64,000 bases of DNA from Eledone cirrhosa (Eukaryota): assembly GCA_964016885.1 (NCBI GenBank), contig OZ024740.1, positions 411,184,001-411,248,000 of the forward strand, written 5' to 3'. The first letter of the stretch is position 1. Every line of letters begins with the position of its first letter. The notes below the pieces were generated by a model. It saw only the letters and a list, made by a program, of their open reading frames with translations, searched no databases and had not been told where the DNA came from. Made by a program: the position numbers and the translations under genes. Positions 55,179 through 64,000 of this stretch are shown piece after piece.

Positions 55179-56844
55179 GAAGCGTGAAGATCAAGAGAGG
55201 TATCTTCCAGGGAGATAGTCTGTCCCCTCTGTTGTTTTTCCTTGCCCTGATGTCCCTGACTAGTTTACTGCGAAAAGTGAGAGTAGGATACAGGTTGGGA
55301 AAGGGAGGGCTTACCATCAATCACCTCTTCATGGACGATCTTAAGCTCTTCGGGAAGAGTGAGAAGTAGCTGGATGTGCTCGTTGACACTGTCCGTATTT
55401 TAAGCAATGATATATGTATGCAATTTGGTATTAGTAAGTGTGGAGTCATTGTGATGAGGAGGGGTAAGTTGAGCAGAAGTAACGGAATCCAGATACCAAC
55501 AGGTGAGATGATAAAAGAAATTGACTCTGAAGAAGGATACAAGTATTTGGGCGTTCTGGAGGCTGATGACATCAAGAACAAAAAAATGAAGGAATTGATA
55601 AGAACTGAATACCTTCGGAGAGTAAGGAGCGTATTAAAGTCACATCTGAACAGTAGGAATGCCATACGTGCAGTAAATTCCCGAGCTGTGTCTACAATTA
55701 GGTACAGTGCGGGAATTCTGAGGTGGAATGTTGCTGAACAAAAACAAATGGATAGGAAGACTAGGAAGCTATTGACTATCTACAATATGTTCTTTAATAG
55801 GAGTGATGTCGATAGACTCTACTTAAGGAGATCTGAGGGTGGAAGAGGTCTTATCAGCATAGAGGACTGTGTTCAGATGGAGAAAAACAACCTACACAAA
55901 TACGTGACTGTTAGTAAGGAGCCAATGCTCAGAGCTGTACTGAAGGAGGGGACAATAGGCCAGGGGATGTCCAAGGAGTAAATAACATCAAGGAGAAAGA
56001 GTAGCCTTCAGGAAAAATCCCTTCAAAGTACCTTCTTTGAGAAAACTGAATTTAGAGATCCACAGACATGCAACTGGTTGAAAAGAGGAGACCTTAAAAA
56101 GGCTACAGAAGGAATGTAAATGGCTAAAACGAAGTGGTTGAAACACCGCATTTACAAGGAGGAGGCTAGCCCACTGTGCAGGATCTGTGGAGAGAGAGAG
56201 GAGATTGTGGCTCACCTTGTATCCGAGTGTAAACACCTAGCCCAGACTCACTATAAGGGCTGGAGACATGATGTGATGGGCAGGGTGATCCACTGGCACC
56301 TATGCAAAGTAAACAATTTACCACATTCTGAGAAGTGGTATGAGCATAAGCCAGAGGCGGTGATAGAAAACGATCAGGTGAAGGTGCTGTGGGATTTTAG
56401 GATACAGATGGACAAGAAACTGGAACACAATAGACCTGACCTGTTGCTTTTGGACAAAGAAAAAAGATCGTGCCTGATTGTGGATGCGGCCTGCCCATTC
56501 GACACGAGAGTGCAATAGAAGGAGAGGGAGAAAATTAACCGATACCAGGACTTAAAGTGGGAGGTAAAAAGGATTTGGAACTGCCATGAAGTTAAAGTGA
56601 TCCCGATTGTCATAGGCGCACTAGGGACTATCTCAAAAAGTTTCCAGGGATGGTTCAAGAAAATTGGCCCCATCACGCTTTTTGGAACGCTTCAAAAGGC
56701 ATGCTTGCTGGGAACAGCAAGAACCCTCCGATACGTCCTGAATATCTGAGGCTGCAGGTAGTGGCTTGATATTCATCTCAACAAACTTTCCAGTTAACTA
56801 ACATCAATGACTGAGACTCAAAGAATAATAATAATAATAATAAT
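55179..56844 (+). mobile_element. 5'-truncated family B Dong-like copy with (TAA)n tail
   Basis: Closely matches 48345-50035; CRICGEREEIVAHLVSEC. Confidence 0.93.
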
Positions 56845-56898
56845 TGTTTCTACTTTAGGCACAAGGCCAGTAAATACCCAGTGCATTACTGGTATTTA
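56845..56898 (-). mobile_element. SINE 3' fragment
   Basis: TGTTTCTACTTTAGGCACAAGGCCAGTAAATACCCAGTGCATTACTGGTA. Confidence 0.8.
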
Positions 56899-56901
56899 TT
56901 T

Positions 56902-59900
56902 ATAATAATAATAATAATAATAATAAAAATAATAATAATGTTTTCTTTATTAACCACAAGGCTTCACATAAAGTAGACATTAAGGACAGTACAGGACAAT
57001 ACAGGACGGTACAAATGGGCATTTCTGCGTGTAAAAAAAACAGAGGATGAAATAAAATAACAAAGAAAAATTCCCCAATATGGGGGAGACTTCTGAGGGA
57101 CATTTGTGGAGAAAGCCCATTAAAAGACCACAGTGGCCCTGACCACCAGGGCAAGTGCCCTCTCCCAGTTTTCCACCTTTAATTTACAGACATATACTCA
57201 GAGAAGGCCCATTCGTTCGGGCCATACTTGCTTCTCTCACCCATCTTTCAACAAAATGCTGGGAAGAGAGCACTTCCCTCTCTACCCTGATTTTCCTTTT
57301 CAGATGAAATTTGAAAAAGTTAATCAAGGCATCACCGAAGAGGTAAGTGCTCGTCTTCAGCCCTTTCAAACGTGTCCACCATACTATCTCTTTCGCCATG
57401 GCCACCAGACAGATAAAAACTGCCTGCCCTTCCCGGCTAAAGGAAGAGGGCGGGGCAATCCTCACGATGGACTCAGCTGATAGCTGGATCCGTCCTACAC
57501 GTGACAGCAGGTGTTCGACATAAACCCACAAGTCAGCAATGCTCGGACACTGGACGAGTGCGTGCAGGACGGTTTCGTCGCCCTGTGCGCATCTCGGACA
57601 TGCCCGGCTGACGGCACCTCCATGCCTGTAAAGTTTATCCCGAACTGGCAAAGCACCCCGGTAGCACTGCCAGGCCAGGGATTTCTGGAAGTTGTCCATA
57701 GGCCCGGGCACGAAAGTCCTTCCGAAGAGATTGGCTAGTTGATTTTCGTTGACGCCTAGATTTTCTCCAAGTACGTCGTCGCTCTTCCCCTCCACTAAAC
57801 CCCTATAGAACGCCAAGGTGGAGTTTCCACCGATCACATTGCCCGATTGGTCGAGGGCTGTGAGCGCCTGAAGACATTCCAGTCTCCAAGCGCTCCCTCT
57901 CGGTCTTCGCTTGACCCAGGACTGCAGCTCCGTCAAGGAGACGAGCTGGGGAAAAACGTGTCTAGCAAACGGCGACCACACCTGATCACCGTCGAGGAAG
58001 AGGTGGAGATGTCGTAGCCTGAGCGCGTGTCTGCGCATCATCAGCCACGGTATGCCCAGCCCTCCACGTAGCGGGTGTTGACAGCAGATGGACCGCCTGA
58101 CCATCGGAGCGCGTCCCTTCCACAAGAAGCGAAAGAGCAAACGCTCCAGCGCAGTCAGGCGGGGCTTAGGACAAGGTACGACGGTCAGGCGGTAGTAGAT
58201 GACGGATGCGATGTACGCATTCGCCACCTCCGCTCGACCTTTCAGGGATAGCTTCCTCTCGGCCCATTTCTGGGTGAGAGAAGCCACCCTGCTCGTCACC
58301 TCGTCCCAGTTTTTGTCCGTCTGGAGGTCTGGACCGAACCAGACCCCTAGCAATTTAACCGGTCCGTCCGTCCAGCGCCCGACGACGCTGTTGGACGGCA
58401 TGGACCTGCCTCTCCAGGTGCCGAGCTGCAGGCCCACTGACTTTTCCTGGTTGATCATTGCTCCTGTCACCGCTTCGTATTCTCTTAGTGTAGTGCCGTT
58501 CGCCTCGATGTGTTTGGCGTTCGACACCACTACTGTGACATCGTCGGCATATGCTGACACGGACCTTCCGCATCCTAGTTCGCACGGGACCCCCCTCAAC
58601 GTCTCCAGTTTGTGCAGTAATGGCTCGAGAGTCAATACGTACAATATGGACGAGAGGGGACATCCTTGACGGACCGAGCGCATGATGTTGAACGGTTTCG
58701 AAAGGTCACCGTTCACTCTCACTACAGAGCAGATGTCGCTGTGCATGGCAGCGATCCAGCCTCTGAAGACGGGCCCAAAGCCAGCCGCCCTCAGGACTGT
58801 CGCTAGGTAACGAAGGTCGACCCTATCGAAGGCTTTCGACTGATATAAATTGATCAAAGACCCACCCGTGCCAGGTTCCATAGCTACCCTCTCTACGATG
58901 TATCGCATGAGGTGGAGGTTGTCGTGGATGGATCTGTCGGGAATGGTGCATGCTGTGCCTCTCCCACCAGACCACCAACGACAAGCGCCAACCTCTTTGC
59001 TAGCACCTTGGCCAAAATCTTGAACTCTGTGTTTAGCAGAGTTATGGGCCTAAAATTATCTATGTTATCCCCCTTGTTCGGATCCTTTCTCAGCAGCGCC
59101 ACCGCTCCTCGGCTCACAGAGCTGGGAATTCTCCCGTTCTGTTGCCAGTTGCAGTAGACGTCCGCCAAGAGGCCTCCGAACAAGTCTGGCATTTGTACGT
59201 AAAGTTCATAGGGCAGACCATCCAAACCAGGCGATTTACCCCTTGTGCAACTAGTCATTGCTTCCCGTACTTCAGCGGTTGTTATCGGCTTTTCGCAACA
59301 CTCCGCCTCAGTGGCCGAAAGCCGCGGCAGTCCGTCGAGGTAGACACTAAAGTCCATCCCTCGATCCGGCCCGCCACTGCCCCCGAACAGTTGAGCGAAG
59401 TGTCGCTGAAAAGCTTCACACATTTGCCCGGGATCGAGTAGCATGCGCCCGTCGTGGTCCACCAAAGACCGGATCGTGGCTTTCTTGCCACGACGCGCCT
59501 CCGCCACTCGTGCCCATTGAACGGCTTTCGTCCCCTCGTGTCTGAGAGCACGCACCCTAGCTCTGACAACGCAGCCTTCGTGCTTTGCATTGAAGAATTA
59601 GTCAAGGGCCAATTTCGCCGCAAGTACATCGGTCGCGATGCCTTTGCTAAGCGCCTCATCTAAATTTCTAACTAATTCTCCCTCTGCTCTATTTTTCTCT
59701 ATTGCTAAAGTCTTACTAAACCTAATGGACTCTATTCTAATTGCTCTTTTCAGAGCAAACCACCACTTGTTGTTGACGATGGCCCCCGTCAACGCCCGCT
59801 TAACTAGTTCGCTAATCCACGAATTTGTGGTCCGTGTAGCTGACTATCTTGAATTGTGGACAGCCTATGCTAGACCTATCTATTTCCCTACAAAATACTC

Positions 59901-62740
59901 TATCTAGATATGATCTAGATGACCCTATGCGATTTGTCCAACCACATTGGTACATTCGGGAAATCCATTCGGTACCTGTCAGACAGTTCAAAACGTCTGA
60001 GCAGGTTGGTGAGACTCTTGCACCCTCCTTCCCTATCCACTAATCCCACACAATCCCAGCGTGCATCTAAGATCCCGTTCCAATCGCCCACTAACACTAA
60101 AGAGCGGGACGTTCCAAGAAAGGTCTCCAGACGCCGGAAGAAATCAGGCCGCCCTGCTCCTGTCGGGGCATAGACGGCCACTAACCTGAAAGCTTGCCCG
60201 TCTCCGCTGGTCACGTCCAGCACCACCAACTTACCTTCTGGGTCCAGGAAGATGGCCCGTATGGCAAGATCCAAACCTCTCCGAAAAAGAACAGCAACTC
60301 CTCCACCCGATCCCGGACGGCTGGGAGATGCGTACACATCGTAGCCGCCGAAGATCGGTGCGAAAGCCCGTGCTTCGGAGATTCTGGTCTCGCTGATGGC
60401 CACTACATCTATGTTTAGTGACCTGAGGTCGTTGAGCAGGTGGCCCTGCTTCCATGACGACCCCAAGCCACGCGCATTTATGCTGCCTATTCTGAGTGAG
60501 GTCATGTTGAAAAGGAGTGGAAAAGATGGGAAAGACCATTTACCTTACTTCTCGTAGGGGAAGGACGGTTTTTCCATCCTTTTCACTGATTGTGGCCTCC
60601 TCAGGAAGGATGTCCTTATAAATCCTCCTGGAGAGTGCTTGTCGGAAGTCTCCGATGTCTTTTGGGAATTTTTTTTTTAGTGTCATGTACGTTTTCTGTG
60701 TGATGCGAGTGATTTGTATGGTGGAGGTGGTGTGAATTTTGGGGTTGTTGTGTAGTCTTTTTCTGTGATGCTGGTGTTGTGTTGGATGTAGTGTAATAAT
60801 TGCTTGTTGTTCAAATTTAATGCTGTGCAGTGTGTATCGTTTTGGTTGTTTTGTTTTGTTTGCGTTTGTTGTGGGTTTGTTTCTGTTTCGCATTTTGGTG
60901 ACTTTTGTGGTGTAGGTGATGGTGGTGTTGGGGTTAATGATGGTGATGGTGTTGGTGTTTGGGTTGATGGGGTTGGTGATGCTGGTGTGGATGGTGGCAT
61001 ATCTGTCCTAACCTTTTTGTTTGTTAATTTATTTGTTTCCCTCTGTATTTTGTTTTTGGAGCGGGAAGGAAGAGAATCTTTTCTTTTTTTGGTTTCTTTT
61101 TTTTTCCGGATATCGTTTCCCACTCCTCGTCGTCACAATCTGTCTCCAGTTGTGATAGGCCGGGGAGTGGAAAATCCTCCACAGCCGTTAGTTTTGGTTG
61201 TGGCGTGGTGGATGGTGTAGACGCTGGTGCTAGTTCTGAAGCGTTGGGTGGTGGTGGTGTTGGTTTTGCTGGTGGTGGTGGTGGTGTTGGTTTTGCTACT
61301 GTTGCTGGGGTTGTTGCTGTTATAGTTGCTTCTGTTGTTGCTGCTACAGTTGTTGCTGCCATCTCTGCTACTGGTGGTGTTGATGGTTGTGTCACTGGGT
61401 TGGGTAGGAGAGGTGGCCTCAACCTTTTAGCCTGAGGGCAGAAAGCCCTTAGGTGGGTTCCTTCACCACAAACGACACACTTAGGTCTTCTGCCCTCGAC
61501 AATTACGGTGAGGTGGCTGCCGTCAGTGAGGTCTATTACCTCTGGGATCTCCTCAATGCTTTTTTGGTCCGCTTGGATCGGGAGCTCCATCCCAGATCCC
61601 GACCAGTTCTCCTGCTTTTCTTTTGCTATTGCTATTATTTTTGTTTTGGCTTCGATGCCGGCGAGGACGGCTGCTATTAGCCAGGGAATTTTGATGGCCG
61701 GTGGAACTTTGGTCACCCTGATCTTTACGAGTCTCTGGCCACAATAGCTTGGGACGAGTGTGAAGTCGTCACTTCTTAATGGGGCCATGGAGTGTTCTCT
61801 AGCCTCCTCTGGTGTTTCAAAGAACACGTCCACGGTTCCATACTTCCGCCCACGTCTGATATGGGTTTTTCTTACCCACACATGTCCCAAAGCTTTTTGG
61901 ATTTGGGACTCGGATGCCCGTTCCACTCGGCGCGATTTTACATTTATTGTTCGATACGACACGGTGCATAGGCGCGGATGCTCCATTTTATTAGGTGGGG
62001 GGTGAGGCTGACCCTGTACCCATCTTTCTTTACCATTTGTTTGGCATTTTCTAAATCCTCCTGAGTTACCGTAAATGCTTCGAACTGTTTTGCTACTCTG
62101 GCGAAACTGAGGGTGGTTTTTATAATGTCATTGTTGTTGTTGTTGCTATCGTTATTTGTGTTAATATAAATTTTAGTTTCAGTTGTGGTGGTGGTGACGT
62201 CAGTCGTCTTTGGTGGGGAAGTGTCCATTTTGCTTGATTTCATTTCGACATCATGAGTTAATTTATTTTTTCTTCTTTTGTTTCTGTTGTCGCGGTGGTG
62301 GTGGGGGTGGTGGTTGTCGCGGTGGTGGTGTTGGTGGAGGCTTTAACACCTGCAGTCATTGGTAAAGGCGGGAAATGAATGTCTGCCTGAGACAAATTTA
62401 AAATATTGCTACTGCTTATATTTTTTTTTAGTGTTGGCAAACGTAGTAACATTTACAATGGTGGTGTCGGTGTGAGGTGTTAATTTGTGAGAAAGGCTTT
62501 CAGCTGCTTGGTGCAGAGGTGAATTAGCCATTTTTTTTCAAAGAAATTTTTTGATAATAATAAAAGTTTAAATTTTTCGGCACAAGGCCCCAATCTTTTT
62601 GGGTGTCCTTTTCGGAAAACAATGTATGTGCGCTTATAAACAGTTAACAATTAAATTTTCCATAAATGACAATTTTTAACAAACGGAAATAACAAACCTT
62701 TGCGGAGCTCACGATGATACGATTTACTACGTAGGTCGCC
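56902..62740 (-). mobile_element. Full-length Tx1-like LINE (same subfamily as 24227-28640), frameshifted
   Basis: 5' GGCGACCTACGTAG at 62740; ORF1 62531-60540 with CVVCGEGTHLRAFC; ORF2 60505-57184 EN-RT-zf with ~95-bp deletion near 59815; (TTA)n both sides. Confidence 0.95.

Positions 62741-62815
<75 letters not shown>
62741..62815. repeat. (AAT)25 tract between Tx1 5' end and a Dong-like insertion
   Basis: Directly visible. Confidence 0.95.
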
Positions 62816-64000
62816 TGTTCGACAACAACCAGAAGATGCTGTTTGGACAGCTTGAGGGGAAAGAAAGAGGCAACGACTTGATCCCTGGGGCGGAGCAAAC
62901 TAAAACATTCTGGAGAGGAATATGGGAGCAGGATGTTAGACACAATGCCCAGGCAGGGTCGATTGACACAGTACAGAGGGAGATCGGTGAGCAGGCACAA
63001 CAACAAACTGATTTGAGTATCACAGTTGAAACTCTTAAGGGGCAGGCAAAAAAACTAACCAACTGGAAATCACCAGGCCCAGATGGTGTGCAGGGGTATT
63101 GGATTAAACATTTAACATCCCTCCACCCGAAGCTGACGGCCATGTTCAATGACTGCTTGGTGTCGGGTGAGGTGCCAGAGTGGTTGACAAAAGGTACCAC
63201 AGTTCTGATAATGAAAGACCGAATCAAGGGTAATGATGTTACCAACTATAGACCTATCACATGCCTGTCCGTAATGTGGAAACTGTTGACGAGCATTGTG
63301 TCTGAGGAAATCTACCATCACCTCCACACAAACAACTTGTTACCGGACGAACAGAAAGGATGCCGAAAGAAGTCACGTGGTACAAAGGACCAGTTACTTA
63401 TTGATAAGATGGTAATGGGGAATTGCAGGAGGAGACACACTGATCTTGCCATGGGATGGATAGACTACAGAAAGGCATTTGACATGGTGCCTCATTCCTG
63501 GATCACCAAAAGCCTGGAGATCTTCAGGGTGGCAGATAACATCAGACAGTTGCTACGCAGGAGTATGGGGTCCTGGGAGACAGAGTTGACATCAACTGGA
63601 GTATCCTTGGGAAACGTGAAGATCAAGAGAGGTATCTTCCAGGGAGATAGCCTGTCCCCTCTGTTGTTTGTCCTTGCCCTGATGCCCTTGACCATTATGC
63701 TGCGAAAAGTGAGAGCAGGATACAAGTTGGGAAGGGGAGAGCTTACCATCAATCACCTCCTCTTCATGGACGATCTTAAGCTCTTCGGGAAAAGTGAGAA
63801 GGAGTTGGATGTGCTTGTTGACACTGTCCGTATTTTCAGCATTGATATATGTATGCAGTTTGGTATTGGTAAATGTGGAGTCATTGTGAGGAAGAGGGGT
63901 AGGTTGAGCAGAAGTAACGGGATCCAGATACCAACAGGTGAGATAATAAAGGAAATTGACTCTGAGGAAGGATACAAGTATTTGGGCGTTCTGGAGGCTG
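62816..64000 (+). mobile_element. 5'-truncated family B Dong-like copy, runs off window
   Basis: Matches 47557-48732; SPGPDG, YRPITCL, RGIFQGDSLSP, FMDD; appears open across the visible part. Confidence 0.93.

Noticed and set aside
59742-59757. Histone stem-loop look-alike TGCTCTTTTCAGAGCA
   Set aside because: Antisense to Tx1 ORF2 coding sequence, broken in the sister copy (~27230), no histone gene nearby

Overview
AT-rich, microsatellite-dense eukaryotic DNA with no host gene I can support. The SINE family and repeat landscape suggest a cephalopod (Octopus-like) genome; this is an inference. The window is mostly decayed mobile elements: Tx1-like LINEs (EN-RT-zf; one full-length, one chimera carrying two ORF2s, several fragments), three families of R4/Dong-like RLE retrotransposons, Neptune- and Naiad-type Penelope-like elements (PLEs), CR1, CRE and RTE 3' fragments, an internally deleted Helitron with both termini, a 77-bp Tc1/mariner-type MITE, and seven copies or fragments of one tRNA-derived SINE. 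Best leads: (1) the SINE and the Tx1 elements end in a similar CUUGU-loop hairpin plus (TTA)n tail, a candidate SINE-Tx1 partnership; (2) a ~20 kb chain where Dong-like, Tx1 and SINE elements stack into (TAA)n tracts with family-specific polarity; (3) about ten hammerhead-ribozyme motifs, several inside foldback elements with a core on each strand; (4) a two-subfamily Tx1 chimera, and a splice-donor-like motif over the ORF1 stop in both subfamilies. Most listed short ORFs are microsatellite or antisense artefacts. Boundaries of degenerate elements are approximate and clade names come from motif recognition, not searches.
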